Assembly (NCBI GenBank): GCA_035294265.1
Contig: DATGLK010000103.1
Span: forward strand, 10,603-74,602
Length of the DNA: 64,000 nucleotides
Direction: 5' to 3'
DNA from: Candidatus Binataceae bacterium
Lineage (GTDB): Bacteria > Desulfobacterota > Binatia > Binatales > Binataceae
The notes beneath the pieces were generated by a model. The model did not search any database. It had not been told where the DNA came from and saw only the letters and a program-made list of their open reading frames with translations. Shown in pieces: positions 28,668 to 38,055 of the stretch; the stretch's first letter is position 1, and the number at the start of each line of letters is the position of its first letter. A program made the translations under genes and the position numbers.

Positions 28668-29975
28668 TTAACATGGCGCTTCGGGAAAAAGCCCCCGGCG
28701 TCCACTGGCCGCCAGGAAATACGGGTACACGTCGCCGATTAGATAGACCGAACCGGTCACTAGAATAAAATCCTGCGGCGTCGCCTCCGCCATCAGCCGG
28801 GCCATCGCCGTCGCGGGCTCTTCGATGACCCGCGTCGGCACCGGCGCGAAATGCTCGGTCAGACGGTGCGGATCAAGCGGCCGCTTGGGTTTGACCCGAG
28901 TCAACGTAACATCGCTAACCCATGGCGCCAGTTGCCGTGCCATCTGCGCCCACTGCTTGTCCGCCAGGCAGCCGAAGAGCAAACGTGGCCGTGGCTGCTG
29001 GCCGATTTCCTCATGCACCGTGCGCAGCAAGGCCGCGATACTCAGTTCGTTGTGTGCGCAATCCAACACCACCAGCGGCCGACGTGAGACCGTGTCGAAA
29101 CGCCCAGGCCAGTCCACCTCGGCCAAACCCCGGCGTATCGCCGCCTCCTCCAGCGCCCATCCCATCCCGCGCAAGATTTCCAGCGCGGCTAGCGCAATCG
29201 CTGCGTTTTCCTGCTGAAACTGCCCCGCCAGCCCCAGCTCCACCTGCGCCAGTTCCAGGCCCAACCCGTGATAATCCAATCGATGGGCCCGAGGATACGA
29301 ACGATAATCGAAGTCGCGCTCGACCAGCATCGCCGCCGATCTGCGTTGTGCCGCGATCGCGGTAAGCGTCTGGCGCGCCTCGGGGTCACGCGTACCTATC
29401 ACCACCGGCACCCCGGGCTTGATGATCCCACCCTTCTCTCCCGCAATCGACGCGATGGTATAGCCCAGGTATTCCATGTGATCGAAGCCGATAGGCGTGA
29501 TGACGCTGAGCACGGGACTGACCACATTGGTGGAATCCAGGCGACCGCCCAGACCAGTCTCAATCACCGCCACGTCGACCTTGGCCTGGGCAAAATACAG
29601 GAACATGAGCGCCACAGTGAATTCGAAAAACGTCAGCGCCATCCCGGCTCGCTCGTACAACGCGCGCAACGTCTCGATATAATCGAGCAGCACGGCGGCC
29701 GGGATCTGAGCGCCATTTATTCGGGTACGCTCGGCCAGGTTTACCAAATGCGGCTTGGTGTACAGCCCACAGCGGTAGCCCGCGGCCCGCAGACAGCTAT
29801 CCACCATCGCTGCCACCGAGCCCTTGCCCTTGGTCCCTGCGATATGGACCACCTGCAGACGTCGATGGGGATCGCCGAGCAGCCGCAGCGCCGCCTCCAT
29901 CCGTTCCAGCTTGTAGATTTCGCCCCGGCTTTCCAGCCCGTAGAGCCATTCTAGAGTCTGTTGTAGCCGATCCAT
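28668..29975 (-). CDS. folC: Folylpolyglutamate synthase/dihydrofolate synthase
   Basis: VHIAGTKGKGS, YTKPHL...ERTRING, TFFE, ETGLGGRLDSTNV, IGFDH, EKGGIIK, WPGRF, LDCAHN, VTGSVYLIG. Confidence 0.96.
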   Translation of the reverse strand: MDRLQQTLEWLYGLESRGEIYKLERMEAALRLLGDPHRRLQVVHIAGTKGKGSVAAMVDSCLRAAGYRCGLYTKPHLVNLAERTRINGAQIPAAVLLDYIETLRALYERAGMALTFFEFTVALMFLYFAQAKVDVAVIETGLGGRLDSTNVVSPVLSVITPIGFDHMEYLGYTIASIAGEKGGIIKPGVPVVIGTRDPEARQTLTAIAAQRRSAAMLVERDFDYRSYPRAHRLDYHGLGLELAQVELGLAGQFQQENAAIALAALEILRGMGWALEEAAIRRGLAEVDWPGRFDTVSRRPLVVLDCAHNELSIAALLRTVHEEIGQQPRPRLLFGCLADKQWAQMARQLAPWVSDVTLTRVKPKRPLDPHRLTEHFAPVPTRVIEEPATAMARLMAEATPQDFILVTGSVYLIGDVYPYFLAASGRRGLFPEAPC

Positions 29976-30197
29976 CAGGGCTGCGATTGTAATCCCACCG
30001 TCACGCCTGCGAAAGCACTGTGGCCCATCTTAGAGCGATCACCCTGCCCCGGGCAGGGCACCTGCCTGGTTTATCGCCCCTGCACTGCCCAGCCCAAAGC
30101 CGCCGAGGGTAGCGGTACGCCACCCACGGGTGTAAAAACACAAGCTGCCGGCACCTTGGTAACGGTGCACCATCTAACAGGAGGAGGACCTCGTCCG

Positions 30198-30743
30198 ATG
30201 GCACGCGTCCCCTATCTGAGCAAGCAAGACTTGCCCGCCGAACACCAGGATCTGCTGGAGAGCAAACTCAATCTGCGCAAGGCCCTGGTCAACAGTCCGC
30301 TCGCGGCCCGCGCCTCCAGCCAAGTCGCGATGTTCATCCGCCATCATAGCCGCCTGGATCCACGCCTGCGCGAGATGGCCTTGCTTCAGGTCGGCTACTC
30401 AACCCGCTGTGCCTACGAATATGCCCACCATATCGAATTGGGCCGCCAATTCGGGGTGTCGGATGACGACATCCGAGCGATCGCCAAGGAAACTGCCGGC
30501 CAGTCCACTCACCTGTCGCCCCTGGACCGAGCAGTGCTGCGCGCGGCACGCGAGATGACCGCCGAGCTGGCCATTAGCGATCGCACTTTCGAGATTCTAC
30601 GCCAGCATCTGGACCCCGAGCGGCTGGTCGATCTGGTCACCGCCATTGGCCACTACAATGGCACGGCGCGCACCCTACTTTCACTGCAGATCGATCTCGA
30701 AGAAGAGTATCGGCACTATCTGGACGAATTCCCGCTGCCCTGA
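30198..30743 (+). CDS. Carboxymuconolactone decarboxylase/AhpD-like protein
   Basis: GAGGAGG RBS. LDPRLREMALLQVG...CAYEYAHH, ERLVDLVTAIGHYN. Confidence 0.85.
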   Translation: MARVPYLSKQDLPAEHQDLLESKLNLRKALVNSPLAARASSQVAMFIRHHSRLDPRLREMALLQVGYSTRCAYEYAHHIELGRQFGVSDDDIRAIAKETAGQSTHLSPLDRAVLRAAREMTAELAISDRTFEILRQHLDPERLVDLVTAIGHYNGTARTLLSLQIDLEEEYRHYLDEFPLP

Positions 30744-30821
30744 AAATGGCTGGCCGGCGCAGGCAACGCGCCCCACGATGCTAGGAAAGGAAGGATCGGC
30801 GCGCTCCGGCCGTAACTTTAG

Positions 30822-31622
30822 CTATTCGCTTTGCGCCGCGTCGCTCGCTTGGGCTGGCCCGAAGGCGACCCCGCGGCGCGACTGCCTAATAAATTCGACC
30901 AGCTCGTCCACCTCCGCGCCCCGTGGCCCCTGGGCGACCAACTCCGCGAGCGCTAACCTGAGGTTGCGGCGACGCCCAAAGAGAATCTTGAAGGCTTGGC
31001 GCAGGGCCCCGATTGTCGCGGGCGCAAATCCTGCCCTGCGCAGCCCTACGACATTGATCGCGCGCACGGTGTGCGTGTCAGATAAAACGCAAAACGGCGG
31101 CACGTCCCGGCTGGTGCGCGCCAAGCCGCGCATGAAAGCTAGCCGCCCAATTCTTACGTATTGATGGACCGCGCAGTTGCCCGAGATAATGGCTCGGTCC
31201 GCTACCTCTACCCACCCAGCCAAAATTGCGCCGCCGGCGATGATGGTAAAGTTTCCGATCCGGCAGTCGTGCGCCACGTGAGCATTCTGCATCAAGAAGT
31301 TATCGTCGCCGATCACCGTGCGCTCGCCATGCTCACTGCCCCGATGAATTGTCACCCCCTCGCGGAAAATGTTGCGCGCCCCGATTCGGACCTCGCGCCG
31401 GCCACCGCGGTACTCAACATCTTGCGGCTCGTCTCCGATTACCACGTTGGAATGCAGCACGTTGGCGGGCCCTAGTTCAGTATCGCCCAAAATTGTCACA
31501 TGGCTAATCAGGCGATTGGCGGGGCCCAGCTTGATCCGGCCCATCAGGTAGCAGAAGGGTCCGATCTCAACCCCTTCGTCCAACTCGACCTCGGGCCCGA
31601 TCACGGCGCTGGGATGGATCAT
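30822..31622 (-). CDS. lpxA: LpxA-family acyl-ACP:UDP-GlcNAc acyltransferase (divergent)
   Basis: MIHPSAVI hexapeptide repeats, IGPFC, PQD, VTIHRG, NAHVAHDC (catalytic His), VHQY, DVPPF, INVVGLRRAGF. Confidence 0.88.
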   Translation of the reverse strand: MIHPSAVIGPEVELDEGVEIGPFCYLMGRIKLGPANRLISHVTILGDTELGPANVLHSNVVIGDEPQDVEYRGGRREVRIGARNIFREGVTIHRGSEHGERTVIGDDNFLMQNAHVAHDCRIGNFTIIAGGAILAGWVEVADRAIISGNCAVHQYVRIGRLAFMRGLARTSRDVPPFCVLSDTHTVRAINVVGLRRAGFAPATIGALRQAFKILFGRRRNLRLALAELVAQGPRGAEVDELVEFIRQSRRGVAFGPAQASDAAQSE

Positions 31623-31668
31623 GCCCCACCCCTTCGGCCACATAGCCTCGCAGGCATCGGTCCGCGGG

Positions 31669-31854
31669 CTAGTTGAGAAGCTTTTTTTTCCGATCGTCGG
31701 GATGAGCCCGGTCGTCCACTTGCCCGCCGGGGACCCGGTATTCTTCTCCGGCCCACAAGCCCAGATCGACCATTTGGCAGCGTTCCGAACAGAACGGCCG
31801 ATAGCGGTTGGCGGGCGAAATCTCGACCGGCCGTTTGCAAATCGGACATCGCAT
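31669..31854 (-). CDS. yacG: DNA gyrase inhibitor YacG
   Basis: MRCPICK...[25 protein letters not shown] zinc finger signature. Confidence 0.93.
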   Translation of the reverse strand: MRCPICKRPVEISPANRYRPFCSERCQMVDLGLWAGEEYRVPGGQVDDRAHPDDRKKKLLN

Positions 31855-32105
31855 GACGCTGACTTTCAGTTTGCCAAAGATAGGCCCCCAGGGCAAAGTC
31901 CCAAGCTCGAGCCCACCTCCACTCACAGCAGGTCATTGCATGTGCGCAAAAAGCCGCATGACAAACACCAATATTTGCAATGACCCATTGGCTTCATCGG
32001 CGCGCTACAAACCTCGCACCGCACCGGTGCGCCCACCTCATCCTCAACCACCCTCTCTTGACCGCCCTTGGCGCTATCCCCATCCATGCCCGCGAGCATC
32101 AAGAC

Positions 32106-32888
32106 TCATCCCGCGTTTGTCAACCCCGATGGTGGTCTTTGCTGGCGCCGCGCCGACCGTTTGGGCAAAACGGTTTCTTGCGCGCGAGCGTCAGGCGGTT
32201 CGCTGTCGCCCATTGCGCGCCAGCCCAGCACCGCAATCAGCCCCAGCAATACGAACGTGGCGTATAGGGTCCAACGGCTGCCGACCGGGGGCGAGACTGC
32301 GGCTCGCCGGATACTATCCAGGTCGTAAGCCGGATCATCCGTACCCGCCGCCTTCGTCTTGTCCATCCGCACCGCGCGAAAAAACGCCCGGCCGGTATTG
32401 GTGCTGGAAAACCCACCCAAGCGCAAGGCCAGTTGGATATCAGCACCGCGCCGCCCCACCTTGAGGTAAAATCCAAGCCGCTGCCAGGGCTGGGTTCCGT
32501 AAAGCTGGCGCGACATGATGCTATCTTCCAACACGCTTATCGAAGCGCCTGCGCCGCTGGGACCCACGTTCTCGGTGCGCGCCTGCGCGGTGAAGTGGTA
32601 CCAGCCGGGAGCCAGAGTCAGCTCCTGAGTCCAGCGCGCGTCGTTGGGCTGATGGTTATCGACCTCAAGCTGGCCCGGGCGTCCGGGGATGTGAAGCCAT
32701 TTATAAGTCGTGTAGCCACTGCTTTCCTGCCAGCCCTGGGTCTGCCAATGGTCGGGGAAATTGCCCGCTCCCATCGACAGATCACCGTTGGCCAACACCT
32801 GTGCGCGAGCAGGAGGCGCCAGCATCAGCGCCACCGCCAGTATTGGCAACCAAACCGCGAGCCACCGCATCGGCTTGTGCGCTGTCAT
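32106..32888 (-). CDS. Exported CBM4/9-like (galactose-binding fold) protein with C-terminal TM anchor
   Basis: ATG 32888 overlaps the upstream stop (ATGA). Signal peptide ...ARA, LANGDLS...PDHWQ..GW, NDARWTQ, WYHFTAQART, LALRLGGF, GRAFFRAV, C-terminal TM. Confidence 0.7.
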   Translation of the reverse strand: MTAHKPMRWLAVWLPILAVALMLAPPARAQVLANGDLSMGAGNFPDHWQTQGWQESSGYTTYKWLHIPGRPGQLEVDNHQPNDARWTQELTLAPGWYHFTAQARTENVGPSGAGASISVLEDSIMSRQLYGTQPWQRLGFYLKVGRRGADIQLALRLGGFSSTNTGRAFFRAVRMDKTKAAGTDDPAYDLDSIRRAAVSPPVGSRWTLYATFVLLGLIAVLGWRAMGDSEPPDARAQETVLPKRSARRQQRPPSGLTNAG

Positions 32889-35860
32889 ATCCAATTTCGC
32901 AGTCCAGGTCCTTGCAGCCACATGCGGGCATAATAGCCGGCACGCGACACCGGAATACCCAACCATAGCGGCAAGAAGTAAACAAAACAGAGCGCGATCA
33001 CCCCCACGAAGACAAGACAGACAAATCGCCCTTCCCACTGGCCCCGCCCCAACAAGGCGGCATAGCCCGCCAGCAGCGCCAGCGCCGCGATCGCGCCCGC
33101 CGCTCCCCCGATCCCCAACAGCAAGGGCGGCATCAGGGTCAGCAGCAGGGCAACCTTCTCCAACACCAAAAGTTTGCCCTCCCAACACTCGGTCAAGGTC
33201 GCGCCCAAGGCCAAATAGCCCAGATATACGGCTGGCATGTAATGGTACAAAAACAGCGTGCGTCCGATCGGCACCCACATCAGCAAGTAAGAAAGAAAGC
33301 CTATCGCCAAAAAGGCTCGGGGCAGGCTGCGCCGCTCGATCGCCTGCATGCCAACAATCAGGATGGCGGTCAGCGCGCCCCACCAGGAAGCCGGATTACC
33401 GCCGCCCCAAATCGTGGCGACGTCACCAACCGGCGGAAAATTCTGCCAATAGGCGATGGGCCGCAGCATCAATGGCCAACTCCACCAGGGCGCCGAATAG
33501 GGATGGGTGGCGGATGCCACGCTGTTCTCGTACCAGATCACGTCTTTGTAATATTTGAAAAGATCCGCGATGCCGCCCCACCAGCCCAGCAGGTAATGCG
33601 GTAAGAACGTCCCAATATAAAAAATCGCCGCCACCGCAGTGACCATCGCCACCGCACCGCTCACCCGCTTCTCGCGCGCGATTTGGGCCGCAGTCCTCAC
33701 CGCTGCCGGCGCGGGACGACGCCCCGGAGCTGCCCCACCGGCAGGCGACCGTCCCTCGCTCAGCAGTACATAAGTCATAAACCCGACCACCAGCAAATAG
33801 GTGATCGCAGGCACGTACAGCTTGGACCCCAGACACAAGCCCAACGTCACCGCCATCGCCAGCAGGGTCCATCGGCGCGCGCGCAGATCCGTGGTCTGGA
33901 TAAAACGAAACAGCAGCAGGTAGGACCATGCCGCGAAGGTCAGATAGACGATATCGACTACGGCGATGCGGGAATCGACGATAAACATTCCGTCGCACAG
34001 GACAAACGCCGCCGCCAAAGTGCCAGTCATGCGGGAGTTGAACATCCGCCGGCCCAACAGGTAGGTGATCGCCACCAGGGCCGTCCCCACGCTGGCGTTG
34101 CCCAGCCGCCAAGCCCAGGGGTGATCGCCAAACAGCCAGATACCCAACGCGATCAGCAGCTTGGCTAGCGGCGGATGGGGATCCAGGAATTGTTCGCCAT
34201 GCAGATAATGGCGCGCCTGTCCAACAAAGTGAACTTCATCAAAAACGATCTCGTTGGGTCGCCCCAGATGCCAGAAGTGCAGCACCGCCGCCGCCACCAC
34301 CAACACCAGCACGATATAGCCATCAAGCCGCTGCCACCGCGGACATCGCCCCTCATCGACCGCCGCCGACTTGCCTCCCGTCACCGAGTGTTCAGCGGCA
34401 CGTAGGCGCGCCCCCGTTGCGGCCTGGACCTGCTGCCACAAAGCTGGCACCCTGGGCGGCCCTGCCCCTGCTCGCGCCGCCATCCAGCTCCAGTACGCCG
34501 CGGCACCTAGCGCCGCCGTGTTGATCACCGCGGTGAACATCGCCAGCGGATCGTGGCTTGGAAAAAAATAGTTGTGCTCCAGGGCACTCTTCACATCCGC
34601 CAGATTGAACAGGAAGGTGGCGCTAAGCACCGCCAGCACCGCCAGCATCCAGCCCGATTCCACCGCTAGCGGCACCGCGAACACCAACGCCGGGTATAGG
34701 TAGCGCTCATGCATTCGCGGCGCGAACATGAAGAAGCCGAACACGGCCAGGAAGCATACCGCCAGCATGTTTTCCGCCGAGCGTCGGCGCCATAGTAGCA
34801 ACGCCAGCCCCAGATACATCAGCGCCAACAGCCCCATCCCGATTGTAAAGTACGACAGCCCCGCCACTCGGTTGGCATCCGCCTGGCGCAAACCGCCAAG
34901 CAAGCCCATGAAGTTAAACGCATTGACCGAGGTCTCGTGATAATAGGCCGCGGTCGATCCGTACAACGACACCAGCCAGCTCCACGGCCGCCCGCTCTGA
35001 AATGGCCCGGCTCCAATCACACCCACCGCGGCAAACCCCAACACCGAAGTCCCCCAAGTCGCCGGGCGCGCCCGTATCAGCGTCCATAACGCCAAAATCG
35101 GCAGCAACGCCAAGGCCTGCGGCTTGGTCAGCACCGCCAACGCCGCCATGCCCCAGCTCAGCTCGAATTCACCATCGATCGCCAGCACCGTCGCCAGCAG
35201 CATCATCAAAGTGAACACCGAATCGCTCTGTCCCCAGACGACGGTGTCAAACAGCAGGGCCGGGTTAAGCGCGAACAAGATCAGCCCCAGCCATGCCATC
35301 GCTGGCTGGCGGCGGCGGACGATAACGAATACCAGCCAGCCCAGGACCAAGTCGCCAATCAGGGCGGGAGTTTCGATTATCCAACGCGCCAAGTCGCCCG
35401 AAATCCCCAGCTCGCGAACCAACGCTCCCGCCGCCCACAAGCCGTACAGGTAACCCGGTGGATAGTCCAAAAAGTAACCCGGTTGATACATTCGCGCCGG
35501 GCCGCCGTCGGCCATCCGTAGCGCCCACGCCTGATAGCTGCCCACGTCGATGCCCAAGCCTGGAAAGATGGGCAAAGTGGCGAATTTGAGCACCCCCAGC
35601 CCTGCCAACAGCAGCAGAGCCCATCCTAGACTGGAGTCGCCGGCGCGCATCAGCGGCCTGCTGTAAATCCACAGGCAATATAGCACCAACCCTACCAGCA
35701 CCAGCCCAGCCAGTATCCCAGGCGCGCTTGCGGAGCCGCTCGTCGAAGCCGTCGCAGCCCACCCATTCGCCACTGGAAGCGCCAGCGCGACCAAGACCGC
35801 TGCGAGCAGGTGCCTATAACCTGAAGCGCAATTGGCAAGGAGCAACCTGATCTGGTTCAT
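32885..35860 (-). CDS. Two-module GT-C glycosyltransferase: GT87/Gpi18-like N-half fused to protein O-mannosyltransferase (PMT/GT39) C-half
   Basis: N-half: DVGSYQAW, DYPPGYLY, FALNPA...WGQSDS, KPQAL, RMHERYLYP. C-half: IVFDEVHFV, DPHPPLAKLLI, WRL, DSRIA, HPYSAPWWSWPLMLRP, GNPASWW, FLYHYMP. Confidence 0.85.
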   Translation of the reverse strand: MNQIRLLLANCASGYRHLLAAVLVALALPVANGWAATASTSGSASAPGILAGLVLVGLVLYCLWIYSRPLMRAGDSSLGWALLLLAGLGVLKFATLPIFPGLGIDVGSYQAWALRMADGGPARMYQPGYFLDYPPGYLYGLWAAGALVRELGISGDLARWIIETPALIGDLVLGWLVFVIVRRRQPAMAWLGLILFALNPALLFDTVVWGQSDSVFTLMMLLATVLAIDGEFELSWGMAALAVLTKPQALALLPILALWTLIRARPATWGTSVLGFAAVGVIGAGPFQSGRPWSWLVSLYGSTAAYYHETSVNAFNFMGLLGGLRQADANRVAGLSYFTIGMGLLALMYLGLALLLWRRRSAENMLAVCFLAVFGFFMFAPRMHERYLYPALVFAVPLAVESGWMLAVLAVLSATFLFNLADVKSALEHNYFFPSHDPLAMFTAVINTAALGAAAYWSWMAARAGAGPPRVPALWQQVQAATGARLRAAEHSVTGGKSAAVDEGRCPRWQRLDGYIVLVLVVAAAVLHFWHLGRPNEIVFDEVHFVGQARHYLHGEQFLDPHPPLAKLLIALGIWLFGDHPWAWRLGNASVGTALVAITYLLGRRMFNSRMTGTLAAAFVLCDGMFIVDSRIAVVDIVYLTFAAWSYLLLFRFIQTTDLRARRWTLLAMAVTLGLCLGSKLYVPAITYLLVVGFMTYVLLSEGRSPAGGAAPGRRPAPAAVRTAAQIAREKRVSGAVAMVTAVAAIFYIGTFLPHYLLGWWGGIADLFKYYKDVIWYENSVASATHPYSAPWWSWPLMLRPIAYWQNFPPVGDVATIWGGGNPASWWGALTAILIVGMQAIERRSLPRAFLAIGFLSYLLMWVPIGRTLFLYHYMPAVYLGYLALGATLTECWEGKLLVLEKVALLLTLMPPLLLGIGGAAGAIAALALLAGYAALLGRGQWEGRFVCLVFVGVIALCFVYFLPLWLGIPVSRAGYYARMWLQGPGLRNWI

Positions 35861-36153
35861 TTCGCTAAAGCGTCGCGTCGATCGATGTGCTTCTGGCAGG
35901 TTAGCTGGCTTGCGCCACCGGTGCCAGAAAGCCGCGCGGCCGTCGCTTCGCTCCGGCCCAGGCGCGGCCTAGCTCTACTAGATGGTTGCGGTTCTCAGGC
36001 ATGGCGAAAACGTCGGCTCCAAATCAAACATCAAAATCTCCTACCGCCCGCGTAGGGCTGCCTCTTCTTTTTAGCCGCCCGCGCGGCTAGACTTCGTGCC
36101 TATCGGTGAGAACTTACCGGCCGCCAACTTCGAAGATTTTCAATAGTATATTT

Positions 36154-37269
36154 ATGACAGAGCAAATAAACCCTTATGCTCCCCTGATTGCCATCGTCAC
36201 TCTAATTTTGGCAGTTGCGAGTGGTGGAACATCGCTCCTGGCTTCCACCATCGACAAGGGGGGCAACGCCTTGGACCATCGCTTGGTCTCGTTTATTCAG
36301 GAACGCTTTCTTATCGCTAGTCCCGATCGGATTAAGCTTGACGGAGCGCAACCCTCGCCCTTTCCCAAGCTCACGATGCGCCCGGTCACGATGGTTGGCG
36401 ATCGCGGCAAGCAAGTCCGGTTCGACCTGTTCACCCTACCTGCCTCCAGCAAGGTCCTGATGGGGCAATTGCTCGAGCTGGGCAAGAACGGCAGCGAGGA
36501 CCAACGCCTACTTGCCGCGCTGCGCGACAAATTCCATCTACCCGCCGCCACCCAGGTTGATTTCACCCCCGCTGTTCCCGCCGATTTTGGCGGTCTCGAT
36601 CGCCGTCAGGCCAGCGCGCCCGGACAGCAAGGGCACATGGACATTTACATCAACCCGGCCCAGACCTACGCCGTGGCCGGCCAGCTCATAGATCTCGACG
36701 GCGACCCCTGGAACAAGGTTGATCTCTCCACCCTTCACTTGACCGACCGCGCAACGCTGGGGCCGGCTGACGCGCCGGTCACTGTCATCGAATTCGGTGA
36801 TTTCGAATGTCCCTACTGCGCGCACGCGATCCAAACTGTCGAAAACGCCGTGCAGAACACCTATAGCGGCAAAGTCCGCTTGATCTTCAAGAATTTTCCG
36901 CTGCGCGGCCACGCCTGGGCCCAGCCTGCGGCGATCGCGGGAGAATGCGTGCGCGAACAAAATCCTGCGGCCTTTTGGGACTACGTCCACGACATTTACC
37001 GTGATCAATCCTCCATTAACGCCGATAATTTTTCCCAGCACCTCGATCGTTTCGTCAGCGACCATCAGCTCGATCCCCAGATCATGCACGCCTGCGTCAT
37101 GGGCGCTCAGGCCGAAAACCAGGTCGAGCAGGACGTCGCCGACGGGCAGCGAATCCACATTGCTTCCACCCCAAGCTTCTTCGTCAACGGCATCCCGGTA
37201 ATTGGCGACCGCGACGCCGCGACCTTCGATTTCGTGATTGATTCCGCCCTTGGCACCAAGGGCTCCTGA
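36154..37269 (+). CDS. DsbA/DsbC-like thiol-disulfide oxidoreductase
   Basis: Signal/TM anchor, GPADAPVTVIEFGDFECPYC, FKNFPL, STPSFFVNG (cis-Pro loop). Confidence 0.88.
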   Translation: MTEQINPYAPLIAIVTLILAVASGGTSLLASTIDKGGNALDHRLVSFIQERFLIASPDRIKLDGAQPSPFPKLTMRPVTMVGDRGKQVRFDLFTLPASSKVLMGQLLELGKNGSEDQRLLAALRDKFHLPAATQVDFTPAVPADFGGLDRRQASAPGQQGHMDIYINPAQTYAVAGQLIDLDGDPWNKVDLSTLHLTDRATLGPADAPVTVIEFGDFECPYCAHAIQTVENAVQNTYSGKVRLIFKNFPLRGHAWAQPAAIAGECVREQNPAAFWDYVHDIYRDQSSINADNFSQHLDRFVSDHQLDPQIMHACVMGAQAENQVEQDVADGQRIHIASTPSFFVNGIPVIGDRDAATFDFVIDSALGTKGS

Positions 37270-37288
37270 ATCGGCGCGGTTAACGCGT

Positions 37289-38014
37289 TCAGGGCGCGGA
37301 GGGAAAAGGCTGCGGTGGAAACGGCGCCGGAGCCTGCGCGCCCAGTTGCGCCAAACCGGCAACCGCTTGCTGGCGTTGGCTGGGCTCGGGCGAGCTGGCT
37401 AAGAAGGCGTCGTAGGCGCCGATTGCAGCCTGTCTCTTACCCTGCGCCGCCAGCACGCGGGCTTGCGCTAACCGCGCATCGACGGCGGCCGGGCCGCTAA
37501 GATTGGCCGCGGCGCTATAAGCCTGCTGTGCGCCGGATAGGTTCCCCATCTGCTCGTACACTACGCCCAGGTTGAGCAACGCGAGCTGGCGGAAAGAAGA
37601 TATCGTCCCTTGGTCAGCATAATTGACGAGCTTATCGCGTGCCTGGGCCAATTTTCCTGCTTTTAAATAGGTCAGCCCCAGGTACAAGTTGGCCAGTCGA
37701 CCGATCTCGCTGTGGGAGCGCTGCGCCGCAAGTTGCGAGAAAATCGCTTCGGCTTGGCTATACTGCTTCCCATCCAAAGCATGGAAACCGGCGTAAAACA
37801 GCTGTGCCGCGCGCGCCGTGCGTACTTGCTGATAATGGTAAACCGCAAACCCGCTCGCCGCCAGAACCGCCAGCACGGCCGCTCCCAATGCTACTTTTTG
37901 GATATGGCGCGCCACGAAGTCCTGGACCTCGCTGGCAAACACCATGAATTCGTCGGGCTGCTTGAGTTCTTTGCGACTGATGTGGTGGCGTTGAGTTTTG
38001 CTGCTTGACGGCAT
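37289..38014 (-). CDS. YfgM-like membrane-anchored TPR protein
   Basis: ISRKELKQPDEF N-terminus, single TM, TPR helices (LYLG, ALLNLGVVYEQMG, LAQARVL). Confidence 0.8.
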   Translation of the reverse strand: MPSSSKTQRHHISRKELKQPDEFMVFASEVQDFVARHIQKVALGAAVLAVLAASGFAVYHYQQVRTARAAQLFYAGFHALDGKQYSQAEAIFSQLAAQRSHSEIGRLANLYLGLTYLKAGKLAQARDKLVNYADQGTISSFRQLALLNLGVVYEQMGNLSGAQQAYSAAANLSGPAAVDARLAQARVLAAQGKRQAAIGAYDAFLASSPEPSQRQQAVAGLAQLGAQAPAPFPPQPFPSAP

Positions 38015-38055
38015 GAGGTTAGCCGCCGGGCCGCTGCGGCACCGGCGCCAGTAAG

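Noticed and set aside
32889-33383. N-terminal extension of ORF 32106..33383
   Set aside because: It overlaps the GT-C gene. The signal peptide begins at ATG 32888.
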